Positions 42,445 to 53,089 of a stretch of DNA of 64,000 nt are shown here, one piece after another. Source of the DNA: an uncultured Fluviicola sp. GTDB lineage: Bacteria; Bacteroidota; Bacteroidia; Flavobacteriales_D; Crocinitomicaceae. The notes below the pieces were generated by a model, which was not told where the DNA came from, did not search any database, and saw only the letters and a list, made by a program, of their open reading frames with translations. Numbering within the stretch: the stretch's first letter is position 1; every line of letters starts with the position of its first letter. The position numbers and the translations under genes are program-made. The stretch lies in contig CAXBMR010000008.1 in assembly GCA_963976995.1 (NCBI GenBank), forward strand, positions 28,416 through 92,415, given 5' to 3'.

Positions 42445-43887
42445 TTATTTCTTTTCCACCTTCTTAATTTTAATTCCTGCGTATCCATAAAAAATCGTCA
42501 TTGCCGGGCTTATCAAGTTAAAAAAAGAATACATCCAGTAATCTCCAGTTGCTACGGATAGAACAGAGGATTGAGTTGCCCCACAAGTATTCCAAGGAAA
42601 AAGAACAGATGTAACTGTACCCGAATCTTCTAAGGTACGACTTAAATTTTCTGGTGCCAAACCTCTTTCCGGATAAATATCTTCAAACATTTTTCCAGGC
42701 ACTACAATTGCTAAATACTGATCGGATGCAGTTGCATTAAAAAATACACAAGTTCCTGCAGTAGTTGCTATTAATGACCCGGTAGATTTTGCAAATTTCA
42801 CAACTGTATGCGTAATTTTACTTAAAAGTCCAGCCGCTTCCATTACCCCACCAAAACACATAGCGCAAACAATTAACCAAATCGTGTTAAGCATGCCTGC
42901 CATGCCACTTGTTCCTAAGAGTTTATTAACTTCTGTTAATCCTGCATCAACAGAAGTATCCATCGACATAGAAATCATAGATGCTTTATAAGAAGAAGTA
43001 AAATAACTGGAGTTACTACCTCCTATTTCTTTGATAACATCAGGTTGAAAAATGATAGCTGCAATGGCTCCCAATATAGTTCCAACAAACAATGCTGGAA
43101 CTGCGCTTACTTTCTTAATAATTAAAAAGACAACAATCACAGGTACAATAAATAGAATTGGAGAGACATAATATTTAGCAGATATAGCCTCCATCATTGC
43201 ACCAACCCCCTGACTTGTTTCTTTTGTCTCGATGGTAAAACCAATGATTAAAAAGATCGCCAAAGTAATTAAAATAGAAGGTATCGTTGTTAATGCCATG
43301 TACCGAATATGTGTTACTAAGTCAGTTCCAGCCATTGCCGGTGCTAGATTGGTTGTATCTGAAAGAGGCGACATTTTATCTCCAAAATAAGCACCTGAAA
43401 TAATTGCCCCTGCAACCATTCCTTGACCTATCCCAAGTGCTGTGCCTATTCCGATAAGTGCAACACCAACTGTGGCAATAGTAGTCCATGAAGAGCCGGT
43501 TGCTAGAGCGACAATGGCACTTACAATACATGCAGCAACTAAAAATATTGTTGGATTAAGAATTTCTAAACCGTAATAAATCATCGTTGGCACAACTCCC
43601 GACATCATCCATGTCCCCGCAAGAGCGCCAATTAACAATAAAATAAGAACAGCTGGCAAAGCGGAAGTGATGCTATCAACAATACCTTTTTGTAATTGTT
43701 CCCATTTATATCCTAACGGTATAGCAACTATCACACCTGCCACTGCAGCAAGAATTAATGCTATTTGATTTGGACCACCTGTTGCATCATCCTTAAAAAT
43801 CAACACATTTAGAATAAGTAATATTATCAATACAAATATTGGTACAAAAGCTAGTAAAAAAGAGGGGGATTTTGGTTTCGAAGTCAT
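42445..43887 (-). CDS. nhaC: Na+/H+ antiporter NhaC family
   Basis: Polytopic membrane protein with NhaC-like motifs (GAYFGDKMSPLSDTTN). Confidence 0.85.
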   Translation of the reverse strand: MTSKPKSPSFLLAFVPIFVLIILLILNVLIFKDDATGGPNQIALILAAVAGVIVAIPLGYKWEQLQKGIVDSITSALPAVLILLLIGALAGTWMMSGVVPTMIYYGLEILNPTIFLVAACIVSAIVALATGSSWTTIATVGVALIGIGTALGIGQGMVAGAIISGAYFGDKMSPLSDTTNLAPAMAGTDLVTHIRYMALTTIPSILITLAIFLIIGFTIETKETSQGVGAMMEAISAKYYVSPILFIVPVIVVFLIIKKVSAVPALFVGTILGAIAAIIFQPDVIKEIGGSNSSYFTSSYKASMISMSMDTSVDAGLTEVNKLLGTSGMAGMLNTIWLIVCAMCFGGVMEAAGLLSKITHTVVKFAKSTGSLIATTAGTCVFFNATASDQYLAIVVPGKMFEDIYPERGLAPENLSRTLEDSGTVTSVLFPWNTCGATQSSVLSVATGDYWMYSFFNLISPAMTIFYGYAGIKIKKVEKK

Positions 43888-43988
43888 TTTCAGTATAATA
43901 TGGAGCTAAAAGTAGTTATAATTAGTTTATAATGGATAGTGGAAATTTGAAATAAACATAGATTTTAAAGAGGCCAAATAACACACGT

Positions 43989-46268
43989 CTACTGCCTTAC
44001 CTTCTTCTTAGGATTATACATGAACAAAAGTAAAACAGGAAGAATAGTAATATCTGCAATTAGAGCTACAAATAAGGTAATGCAAAGTAAAAGCCCCATG
44101 TGAAATGTTCCTAGGAAGCTTGAGAAAACGAGCAATAAAAACCCTGCGCATAGAATCAAAGTTGTCAAAATCATCGCTTTACCAGTTGTTAAATAGGTTC
44201 TTTTTAATGCGTAGATCTTGCTCTTCCCTTTCATTAACTCATATTTAAATTTTCCCAAAAAGTGAATGGTATCATCTACAGCTATTCCGAATGCAATGGT
44301 AAATACGATGGAAGTGCTAGTTTTCAAATCAATGCCTAAATACCCCATTACACCGGCAATAAAAAGAAGCGGTATTAAATTGGCAATTATACTGATTATC
44401 AATATAGTAGGCGAACGGTAGATGAACCCAATAATCAATGCAACGATTAATATAGAAACTGCCAATCCTTTTATTAGACTGGTTGACATGTATTTTAAAT
44501 TCTTGTCAATCAAATGTGCAGTTCCAGTTACTTGAAATTTAATTTTACCTTCTAAGTTTTTTGACTGCAAGAATATCTTCAATTTCTCATTCTTCTCAAA
44601 AACAATAGAATTCCCAAGATCGGGAATTGTTCCATTGATTCGGGTGCGCATTTCTGATGAATCAACAAAAGTTTTAATAAAGGAACCCTTTTGAATTAAT
44701 CTCAATGCTTTCCTGTGACCTCTTATTTTTCTTTTCTTAGAAGGGAGTTTATAATATTCCTTTATACCTGAATGTGAAGATCTATTCATCACTTTTAATG
44801 TCTTTACCAGAGAGTTTTTTATAGTCACGCCATAACCTTCTTCTAAATAGTATTCAACTGAGTCTATCGTTTGCAATACTTCTTTGTCCCAAACATTTAG
44901 TGATGTATCTTCCACTATAACGGCCAATTCGAAAGGTCTAATTCCCCCGTAATGGTCATCTAAGAAGTTAAAATCTACCTTCAGTGGTTCAGTATCTCTA
45001 AGGTCATCCATCAAGAAATTGTTACTGTGCAATTGAGACATTCCAATGATACTAAGTATCACAACTCCTATGGTCACATAAACAATTCTCATCCTCTTTC
45101 GAATCACAGCAGAAAAACCACGAACGAGGTATTTCATCCAAAAATGCTCCTTTTTCGATTTTCTAACATGTTTAGGGCCAGGGAAGAGATAAAAAAGAAC
45201 TGGTAAGGTTACAAATGTTAACACAAAGGCAATTAAGACACCAAATCCCATTACAATACCAAATGTTTGAATGGGTTGAACGTTGACGAAAGACAAGGAG
45301 AAAAAACCAATGGAGGTAGTTACAGAAGTCAAAAAGGTAGCTAATCCAACTTCCTTAACCGCAATTTTTATTGCATCAAAAACTTTTTCTTCCACCCTGA
45401 GTGCATCTAAATATCTTGAGACCAGATGAATGACATCAGACATAGAAACTACGAACATAATAGAAGGTAACGTTGATAAAACTATATTCATAGGTTCATT
45501 AAAGAACCCCATCCCTCCTACTACCCAAATCATGGATGAAAAAATTATAATTTGAGGTACTAGAACTCCCCAAACTGAACGAAAAGCAATAAAAAGAAAG
45601 AAAACAATCAAGAATGCACTTAATCCAACAAAAAGTGCCATTTCAAAGGTCATTTTTTCTATATAATACTGCTGACCAACAGTTCTACCAGCTACTCTTG
45701 TCCTTTCAAAATTAAATTTATCAATGACATCATTCACATTATTTATTAAGGCATCGCTTCTTTTTTTCGATATATAATCCGTGTGTCTTATAAAAATGGA
45801 AACTGATTTTGCATCTTCCGCAACAAGTGTATTTATTAACTCTTCGTTCTTAAAAATTCGAGTGGAGTCTCTTTCTGCATTAAAATCGTTAAAATCAAAA
45901 TATGGTTTAGAAATTGATGCGCCACTTTGGTAAACAAACCGTTCTTCCATATTTGTAATAGAAGTTACGTATTTAACATCTTCCACTTTTTCTAATTCAG
46001 AAGTAAATTCATCTAAATTGATTAAAAAAGACTTGTCAAAAATACCCGCATTATTCTCAACTGCAATCAGCAAAAAGTCATTGTCCGATGAAAACATTTC
46101 CCTGTGAGCAAAGAAAAAATCTGTTTCATCATCGTTTACTGGAAAAAACTTCTCAAAATCGTAGTCAAACTTTAAGTTCGTGATTTCGTAACCTAAAAAG
46201 GCGGTAAGACCAATAAGAACAGTTAAAACTATCCAAATACTTTTTCTAAATCTTTTTTCCCCAACCAT
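43989..46268 (-). CDS. MMPL/RND-superfamily transporter (two 6-TM sterol-sensing-like bundles)
   Basis: Has a duplicated TM-bundle plus large-loop architecture, and GIA.DDTIH and MSDVIH motifs. Confidence 0.8.
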   Translation of the reverse strand: MVGEKRFRKSIWIVLTVLIGLTAFLGYEITNLKFDYDFEKFFPVNDDETDFFFAHREMFSSDNDFLLIAVENNAGIFDKSFLINLDEFTSELEKVEDVKYVTSITNMEERFVYQSGASISKPYFDFNDFNAERDSTRIFKNEELINTLVAEDAKSVSIFIRHTDYISKKRSDALINNVNDVIDKFNFERTRVAGRTVGQQYYIEKMTFEMALFVGLSAFLIVFFLFIAFRSVWGVLVPQIIIFSSMIWVVGGMGFFNEPMNIVLSTLPSIMFVVSMSDVIHLVSRYLDALRVEEKVFDAIKIAVKEVGLATFLTSVTTSIGFFSLSFVNVQPIQTFGIVMGFGVLIAFVLTFVTLPVLFYLFPGPKHVRKSKKEHFWMKYLVRGFSAVIRKRMRIVYVTIGVVILSIIGMSQLHSNNFLMDDLRDTEPLKVDFNFLDDHYGGIRPFELAVIVEDTSLNVWDKEVLQTIDSVEYYLEEGYGVTIKNSLVKTLKVMNRSSHSGIKEYYKLPSKKRKIRGHRKALRLIQKGSFIKTFVDSSEMRTRINGTIPDLGNSIVFEKNEKLKIFLQSKNLEGKIKFQVTGTAHLIDKNLKYMSTSLIKGLAVSILIVALIIGFIYRSPTILIISIIANLIPLLFIAGVMGYLGIDLKTSTSIVFTIAFGIAVDDTIHFLGKFKYELMKGKSKIYALKRTYLTTGKAMILTTLILCAGFLLLVFSSFLGTFHMGLLLCITLFVALIADITILPVLLLFMYNPKKKVRQ

Positions 46269-46340
46269 TTGGTGACTTGTTTCGTTAGATAATTGGCAAA
46301 TATAGCCGTTTGACGTAAATTAACACTAAAACTTATTTTT

Positions 46341-46371
46341 TTGACTAAATCAGTTGAAATGAGTAAGTTTG
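46341..46371 (+). promoter_or_regulatory. Candidate Bacteroidota sigma-A promoter TTG-N20-TAAGTTTG for the T9SS cargo gene
   Basis: TTG lies at 46341-46343 and TAagTTTG at 46364-46371, 14 nt before the ATG at 46386. Confidence 0.45.
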
Positions 46372-46385
46372 ACAAAACAAAAAAA

Positions 46386-47414
46386 ATGAAAAGAACACTA
46401 CTTTTAGCAACATTAGCATTTTCTTTCTTAGGTAATGCGCAAAGTTTAACACAGGCCAATGAACCAGCAATTGGAGAAACATCTACTATGTATCTATGTG
46501 ATTCGTTCACGGTAAATTATGCAGGAACTACTGGTCCAGGTGTGACCTGGGATTATTCTAACTTGGTTGGAATTTCAGGACAAACAAGGTTAGTATCAGT
46601 TCTAAATGCAACAACTTCACCTAATGCATCTGACTTTCCAAGTTCAGTGAAAGCAATTAGCGTCGAAAATTCTCTAACGTCTTATTATACATCAACTGCA
46701 ACTGAGAGAGTATCTCAAGGTTTTGTATTTACTGAGGCAACTTTAGGAGATATTGTCGCAACATTCTCTACTGACAATGAAATTGTAATGACTTATCCTT
46801 TTGCGTTGAATTCAACATCAACAGATTTATTTTCAGGTTCTGTAAGTTATGTTTTAGGAGTGCCAACTTCATCTCCTTTAACAGGAAACGTTTATTCTAC
46901 AATTGATGGAGAAGGTACGATGCTATTTCCAGGTGCTGTTTCTGTTCCAAATGTTATTCGTTATAACATCGTTGACACATCAGTGGCGACTGGTACTTTA
47001 TTGGGCGATTTAGAAATCATCCGAAATCAATATGAATATTATACGAACACAAGTAATTTACCCATATTCACTATTACAAAACTGACTATTCAAACTGTTG
47101 GTGGTGGAACAGTTATTAGTGAATTTTCACTGGTTTTGTCTGCGTACGTTACGACTGAGTTTTTATCAATAGAAGAAAAGGACGAAGTAAAATTCACAGT
47201 TTACCCAAATCCTGCACAGAATGAAATAAAATTAAACGGTGAATTTTCATCCAATGCAAAGGGTCAAATTATTGATCAAAGTGGAAGAATAGTATCCAAA
47301 TTTAATGTACTGAGCAATGCCCCAGTTGATATTTCTTCTTTGGAGAATGGTATGTATGTATTAAGAATTACTGATAATGGCAGAACAACTTCTAAAAATG
47401 TTGTAAAAAGATAA
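46386..47414 (+). CDS. Secreted protein with C-terminal T9SS (Por_Secre_tail type A) sorting domain
   Basis: Has the signal peptide MKRTLLLATLAFSFLGNAQS and a C-terminal FTVYPNPAQNEIKL...GMYVLRITDNGRTTSKNVVKR. The start was moved to 46386. Confidence 0.8.
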   Translation: MKRTLLLATLAFSFLGNAQSLTQANEPAIGETSTMYLCDSFTVNYAGTTGPGVTWDYSNLVGISGQTRLVSVLNATTSPNASDFPSSVKAISVENSLTSYYTSTATERVSQGFVFTEATLGDIVATFSTDNEIVMTYPFALNSTSTDLFSGSVSYVLGVPTSSPLTGNVYSTIDGEGTMLFPGAVSVPNVIRYNIVDTSVATGTLLGDLEIIRNQYEYYTNTSNLPIFTITKLTIQTVGGGTVISEFSLVLSAYVTTEFLSIEEKDEVKFTVYPNPAQNEIKLNGEFSSNAKGQIIDQSGRIVSKFNVLSNAPVDISSLENGMYVLRITDNGRTTSKNVVKR

Positions 47415-47434
47415 ATAAGCTTTTACTTTGTTTT

Positions 47435-47469
47435 AAAGCCTTTCGTACTTATTCGAAAGGCTTTTTTTG
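47435..47469 (+). terminator. Rho-independent terminator after the T9SS cargo gene
   Basis: aaagcctttcg-tacttatt-cgaaaggcttt forms an 11-bp stem followed by a T7 run. Confidence 0.65.
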
Positions 47470-47577
47470 TTGCTAAAAAAGGATTGTTGATTAATTCTCT
47501 ATGAAACGTTCATTTGGATAGATTTTTGGTGTTACATTCGTAATAATTCTGGTTATACTATCAACAATGAAGAATTT

Positions 47578-49848
47578 ATGAAAACAATTTCCTTTTTTTT
47601 ACTTATCGTATTTCCTCACCTCTCTTTTTCGCAAATCAATGAGGGACTTAATCCAGAAGAACGAGCGTACTTGTATCACGTTGTAAAAAAAAGCCCAATT
47701 CTCAATAACAATTTCGGTCGTTATTTTGACTACCAAGGACCGGATATTAGACTTCCCAATCAGAAAGTCAATTTCGACTCGATTGAATTGCTGATCATTA
47801 ACAAACCTGAACTACTAGTTATACGAAAAGGCGAAATTGCGAAATCTCCCAAAGGTTTGATTGCCGAAGCGGCGAATAAAATGGCCATTTGGGAATTGAA
47901 TCAAGTGCTTCTTGCTAAGAGGTCCGATGATTTGCAACAATACAGTAATGAATATGATGTTTATGAGAACTTATTAATGCAGGAACTTCCACTATCAGTT
48001 TTAAAAAAAGAGGACGGAAAAGCTTACCCTATTTCGAAGTTGCAAAATTTAATGAACCCTAGCTTAACATTCGATGACAAAAAAATGCTCATTCAATCTT
48101 TGCGTCTACCAAGTGTTGAAGACGAGCTAAAAACACTAAACGCTATTAATTTTGCCGTCAATGAATACACAAAAAAAAGAGCCTATGAAATATTTCGGGC
48201 TCTGGGTGGAAAAGCAGATTCTTTCGAGAATATTTTGGTTGCAGCAGGAGACGGAAGTTCAACTACAGGACTTTTAGAAGAGCGAGAGAAAGATGAACGT
48301 GGTCGATGGAATAAAGGATTACCTAAAGCTGTCGGTTTATTTCCTTATCAAATAGTTATTGAAAAAACGGAGGTTAAAAGAAAAATCAAGAAAGAATTAG
48401 AACCGATGCGCTATTCTATCAATGACTTCAAAACTGTTGGCAACAATAGGATGACGAACTTGCATTTTGATGTCTGGGGGTATAATTCTGAAAAGCAAAC
48501 AACTGTCGTTATTGAAAAAAATGGATTGAATTATCATCTTTTCGGCTCAAAAGATACACGTTTTCTTTCTCCAGACTCAACATTCTCTGAAGGGACGACG
48601 TTTCAATCAATTATCAACGATTTAGAGAACAATAAAATTGCCAAATTAAAAGAAATGATTTACGGCAAAAAAGGCTTCGATCATTGGATTGACTATAACA
48701 ATAAGAAAAAAGACAACACAGAACTAAAGATCGAAAAACGAGAGAAGGAATATTCTGATTTAGGTTATTCTCCAATAACAACTTCCAATAAACCGTCCAG
48801 AAAAGTAAAGAAATCAAAACGAAAAGCAATTAAGTCTGGCGCAGGTTCATTTGATGGTACACCTACAACAAGTTCAGGTAGAAAAGAACGAAAAAAACTG
48901 CAGAATACCATTGTGAGTTTGTATGCTTTATTTGAAATGTACAAACGCAAGATTGAAGAATTAGAGATGCAAAAAGCCGAGGCAATAGACTTAATGGCTA
49001 TTTATCAACGAAAATTAGATGGCTATAAGCAAATAATGGGCATTCGTTGGGCTACTTTTACAGAAAAAGACGGCTTCTACATTTTTGAAGACTCTACCAC
49101 TTTTGATATTCTAACGCAAGAATTTAAGTTTCCTGCGAGCACCAAGATCGAGGATTTTGAAGTACGGTTGATTGCTATTCCAGAATCAAGCTTATCGAAA
49201 TCGGCTGATGAAGTAATGTTGCACATTAATGTAATGGATGCAGAACCGAATTACAATGCTCGAGTAAATCTTAACTTAGAAGATGTTTTTGATTCCGATA
49301 AATGGAATTTACCTGCACCACTATTCTCAGAAAAAGACAGTGTTGCTTTACGCATATTTTTTGAAGGTCTTCTCGATAAAAAGGTTCCTTTTTCTATCAT
49401 TGCAAGAGGACAAGGTATTGGCAAATGGAATGGAACACAAACGATAAAAGATGTAAAACCTATTGAGTTAACTGGCTACCCAAAGAACCAGGATAAAATG
49501 GACATTGGTTTCCTGCGATTAAGAAAATCTGAGGTTTTCATTCATATGAATAGGTCTATTTTGTTGGAAATCAATTCATACACTGACCCTGTGAAATCAA
49601 ATTTATCAATAACGAATGATGTCATAAAAAGCACAATGAATAAATATCACCTTTCTCAGAATGATGTTTTAAGTGCTTACAGAACTGTATCTATTCTAAA
49701 AGCGCTCAAGTCAGAAATGAATGTTCTTGCAGGGAAATATTTAAGTCGAGAAGAAGCAACAATTGTTATTGATCGATTAAACAAAGAAATAATAAAGACA
49801 AAAATTAGTGTTGGTGCGACTTCTTTTAAATTGTCAATTTTGAATTGA
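47578..49848 (+). CDS. Large signal-peptide protein of unknown function (756 aa) with central Lys-rich/coiled-coil linker
   Basis: The signal peptide ends SFSQ. No catalytic or known domain motif was recognised, and residues ~380-470 are K/R/E-rich. Confidence 0.55.
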   Translation: MKTISFFLLIVFPHLSFSQINEGLNPEERAYLYHVVKKSPILNNNFGRYFDYQGPDIRLPNQKVNFDSIELLIINKPELLVIRKGEIAKSPKGLIAEAANKMAIWELNQVLLAKRSDDLQQYSNEYDVYENLLMQELPLSVLKKEDGKAYPISKLQNLMNPSLTFDDKKMLIQSLRLPSVEDELKTLNAINFAVNEYTKKRAYEIFRALGGKADSFENILVAAGDGSSTTGLLEEREKDERGRWNKGLPKAVGLFPYQIVIEKTEVKRKIKKELEPMRYSINDFKTVGNNRMTNLHFDVWGYNSEKQTTVVIEKNGLNYHLFGSKDTRFLSPDSTFSEGTTFQSIINDLENNKIAKLKEMIYGKKGFDHWIDYNNKKKDNTELKIEKREKEYSDLGYSPITTSNKPSRKVKKSKRKAIKSGAGSFDGTPTTSSGRKERKKLQNTIVSLYALFEMYKRKIEELEMQKAEAIDLMAIYQRKLDGYKQIMGIRWATFTEKDGFYIFEDSTTFDILTQEFKFPASTKIEDFEVRLIAIPESSLSKSADEVMLHINVMDAEPNYNARVNLNLEDVFDSDKWNLPAPLFSEKDSVALRIFFEGLLDKKVPFSIIARGQGIGKWNGTQTIKDVKPIELTGYPKNQDKMDIGFLRLRKSEVFIHMNRSILLEINSYTDPVKSNLSITNDVIKSTMNKYHLSQNDVLSAYRTVSILKALKSEMNVLAGKYLSREEATIVIDRLNKEIIKTKISVGATSFKLSILN

Positions 49849-49854
49849 ATAATC

Positions 49855-51273
49855 TTATTCGAAGAATTCATCAGCAAAATTCACTAAAAAAACCTTATTC
49901 GTAGCTCTAGTCAAGGCAGTATAAAGCCATCTGTAATAATCTTGTCCTAGAATTTCCTCATTAATAAATCCTTGATCAATGTAAACATCCGACCATTGAC
50001 CTCCTTGAGATTTATGACAAGTAACAGCATACGCGTATTTGACTTGAAGAGCATTAAAGTATTTATCGGCCAGAATGGCATCGTACCGCTCTTTCTTATT
50101 TCTTAAATGTGCATAATCTCGTTCAACAGAATAAAATAAGTCTTTCATTCTCTCTCTAGATAACGAAGGGCCTTCTACAGTTAATGACTCTGTATGAATA
50201 ACCAATTCTATTTCTCCTAGATCATCATAATCTACAAATCGAATGATGACATGAGCGAACTCAAAACCATGCATTTCTTCCAGTTTCTGGACTCGCACAA
50301 TCGTGATAAGTTCTCCATTTGCGATGAAACCAATCTTAGTATCATCTCCTAACCAAAAATAATTATTTTTAACTACCATTAGGCAATCACCAGAACAGAG
50401 TAATTCCTCATACCATAAAATTCTTGCCCTGATATGTTGATTGTATTTATTCGCATTTTTGTTAGAGCGCGTAATTAGAATGGTCTCCTCTTGTCCAAGT
50501 TTCCCAAAACTGTTCTCTAATTCGTCTTGCAGTTCAAGTCCTGTGATTCTTGCTAAATCTGTATTCTCTTTCAATTGGAACTTAGGATAATGCACCCAAT
50601 CGGTATTTCTCAGTAAAGTAGCGTTTCTCAGAATTTCAGAATCATTGGCTTGCCGAAGAACCTCGATCAATTCAAAGGAATCAATTTCTAATGCTGAAAA
50701 ATTATTCGCTAAATGTTCTACACTCAGAGCTGGAGAAAAGTCACTACCAACTGGAGGAAGTTGCCCTGCATCACCAATTAATATTAATTTACAATTTTCT
50801 CCTGAATAAACATATTCGAATAAGTCGTCTAATAAATTTCTGGCATTCACTCCCCCTTCTTTTGTCAAAGTATAATTCCCTATCATTGATGCTTCATCCA
50901 CAAAAAAAATAGTGTTTTTATATACGTTTTTCTGCAAACTGAGACCCGCTGTTATTTCGACCTTTGATTTTCTTCTATAAATATGTTTGTGAATAGTATG
51001 TGCCTCTTGTTTCGCTTTGTGACTAAAAACTTTTGCTGCCCTTCCCGTTGGAGCGAGCAGCTTGGTTTTAACCTTATAGAAATTTAACGCTCTAACATAA
51101 GCACCCAATACCGAAGTTTTACCAGTTCCTGCATATCCACTTATCACAAACAATTGTTGGCCGTCTGATTTTCTTACAAAAGATTCTAATTTGCGAAAAA
51201 GTTCCTGCTGACTGTCAGTTGGATTTAATCCAAATTCATTAATAACTGTTGAATAAAATGTTTGCTCTGACAT
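49855..51273 (-). CDS. SF1B RecD/Pif1/Dda-like ATP-dependent DNA helicase
   Basis: Contains Walker A GYAGTGKTS, FVDEASM, GDAGQLPPV and a C-terminal AVTCHKSQGGQW. Confidence 0.85.
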   Translation of the reverse strand: MSEQTFYSTVINEFGLNPTDSQQELFRKLESFVRKSDGQQLFVISGYAGTGKTSVLGAYVRALNFYKVKTKLLAPTGRAAKVFSHKAKQEAHTIHKHIYRRKSKVEITAGLSLQKNVYKNTIFFVDEASMIGNYTLTKEGGVNARNLLDDLFEYVYSGENCKLILIGDAGQLPPVGSDFSPALSVEHLANNFSALEIDSFELIEVLRQANDSEILRNATLLRNTDWVHYPKFQLKENTDLARITGLELQDELENSFGKLGQEETILITRSNKNANKYNQHIRARILWYEELLCSGDCLMVVKNNYFWLGDDTKIGFIANGELITIVRVQKLEEMHGFEFAHVIIRFVDYDDLGEIELVIHTESLTVEGPSLSRERMKDLFYSVERDYAHLRNKKERYDAILADKYFNALQVKYAYAVTCHKSQGGQWSDVYIDQGFINEEILGQDYYRWLYTALTRATNKVFLVNFADEFFE

Positions 51274-51436
51274 CGGTATAAATCTACTTTGTTTTCTTTG
51301 TTTTTTACTTTTATTCCGATAAAAAATCTAAATATGTCAACTTATTGAGTAAAAGGTTCAAAAAAACTATCGTATGAATGCTTCTAAAATCTAAAAAATT
51401 GTAGTTTTGTTGAAACTCAAATTTAAAAGATAAATT

Positions 51437-52321
51437 ATGACTAGCAATCTTCCTCTTATTTTAAAAAAATATACAGTCCCTGCATTGTTTATGATTATTG
51501 GTTTTGTGATGCTTTATGTCGCAATTTCTACTGAACAAGGTATTGTGTTTATCCTCGCTTCGCTTTTAATGTTGATTGCCGGTATATTAAGTATTGGTTT
51601 CAGTACGGGTAGTTTCAAATCAGGACTCGTATATATACTTGGAATTGCTTCGGGTATTGGAGGATTGGTTGCAATATTCCTTTCATACAATAGTGTAAAT
51701 GAAACAATGGTTTATCAAGAAAATGCAAGAGAATGTGTGGCACTTGCAACTCAAAATCTTCAAGATATTCGTTACATTCAGAAGGCATACAAAGAAAAAA
51801 CAGGAAAATACATTGGAAATTGGGATGAGTTTGTTGAGTTTACTAAAAATGGAACCGTTGACTTTTTAGATCAAATGGGATCTGTACCATCGGAGAAGTT
51901 AACCGATGAAGAAAACAAGTATTTATATACGGGAAATCCGCCTATTGACAACGACATGACAGAAGAAGAAGCATATCTCCTATCGTTATGGAAGGAGGGT
52001 CCTCGATATGAAAAACTGTTCAAACACTTCAAAAGAGATACTGTTCAAAGAAGTTTGATGGATGTTAAATTCGGCACCAAATCTTACACCTCAAACAGAG
52101 AAAAACTAGGTTTTTATGAATTTACACCTGATTCTTTGCCAATCATTCCTCACACAACCAGAGAATGGACTCTTTCTGTTAAAGATTCTGTTAAGAATGG
52201 AGACGAGTCTTTTCCAACTATTCGAGTGGAAGGAAGAATTCCTTACGGAAATGAAGAAACAGGAGAAATGTACTTTGGTTCTCTGTCAATAGATGAACTT
52301 GGAGGTTCTTGGGAGGAATAA
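51437..52321 (+). CDS. Hypothetical membrane protein (3 N-terminal TM helices plus soluble domain)
   Basis: Supported by the hydrophobic N-terminus and by a TAGTTTTG -7-like box at 51402-51409. No family was recognised. Confidence 0.5.
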   Translation: MTSNLPLILKKYTVPALFMIIGFVMLYVAISTEQGIVFILASLLMLIAGILSIGFSTGSFKSGLVYILGIASGIGGLVAIFLSYNSVNETMVYQENARECVALATQNLQDIRYIQKAYKEKTGKYIGNWDEFVEFTKNGTVDFLDQMGSVPSEKLTDEENKYLYTGNPPIDNDMTEEEAYLLSLWKEGPRYEKLFKHFKRDTVQRSLMDVKFGTKSYTSNREKLGFYEFTPDSLPIIPHTTREWTLSVKDSVKNGDESFPTIRVEGRIPYGNEETGEMYFGSLSIDELGGSWEE

Positions 52322-52324
52322 TTA

Positions 52325-53089
52325 ATGAGCACTTCTCATTTAACAATCGAAATTGCAGAACCAGAAGTTCGATTTTTATCCTTTCAAGGTGGTGAAGCTA
52401 TTGCTGATTGTAGTATTCATTTGGATGTGTCAAATTACAGTACAATCAAAGAGAATTTGAACAAGTTTATTGATCAAAACTCGTTTATCTCTGATGATTA
52501 TGACGAAGTCTCGTTGTCTATTGCTTCAAAAAAATCATCGCTAGTACCCAATACAATTTTTGATGAATCTTCGGCAAATGACATCTACAAATTATGTTTT
52601 GGAGAATGCGAAAGCAACAAAAGTATCAATTACAATAGAATAGCAGAGTTGAGTATTGTGAATGTGTTCTGCCATTCTGATTGGATTAAGAGATTCTTCG
52701 TAATGAGATTTCCCAGAGTAATTATGCAACATGAAGGATCACACTCTTTGCGTTCAATTTTAAGTAGCAATTCATTTTACCTAAAAACAACTGTCATTCT
52801 CCACGCTGATTTTTTTCAGTTAACAATTGTTAAGCGCAAGCAACTTGAATTTTATTCTTTCTTCGATTATCAAAATCATGAAGATGTATTGTATCATCTT
52901 TTATTTGCATTGCAACAAAAAGAATTCGTAAACGAAGAAGGTTCCGTGGAGTTTATACAAGCCATTGGCTGTTCAAATCAGACAATTGAGAACATAGAAA
53001 GAGACTTCGCTAAAATTAAGGACCTAAATACGCTGAAATTGATAAAACCATCCAATTTTATAGCAAATTCTCAATTGCTGTGCGTATAA
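52325..53089 (+). CDS. DUF3822-like protein (conserved gene preceding rsmD in Bacteroidota)
   Basis: Based on position immediately upstream of, and overlapping, rsmD. The family call comes from remembered synteny, not from a motif. Confidence 0.45.
   Translation: MSTSHLTIEIAEPEVRFLSFQGGEAIADCSIHLDVSNYSTIKENLNKFIDQNSFISDDYDEVSLSIASKKSSLVPNTIFDESSANDIYKLCFGECESNKSINYNRIAELSIVNVFCHSDWIKRFFVMRFPRVIMQHEGSHSLRSILSSNSFYLKTTVILHADFFQLTIVKRKQLEFYSFFDYQNHEDVLYHLLFALQQKEFVNEEGSVEFIQAIGCSNQTIENIERDFAKIKDLNTLKLIKPSNFIANSQLLCV

Noticed and set aside
46229-46510. A 93-aa minus-strand ORF across the MMPL/T9SS-cargo divergent promoter region.
   Set aside because: It overlaps both neighbouring genes' 5' ends and the promoter-like boxes. 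It has no motif and is likely spurious.
47578-51273. The idea that the 756-aa protein plus the SF1B helicase form a defence module.
   Set aside because: The genes are convergent, so they are not co-transcribed. The large protein also has a clear signal peptide and is therefore exported, and no nuclease or methylase partner is present.
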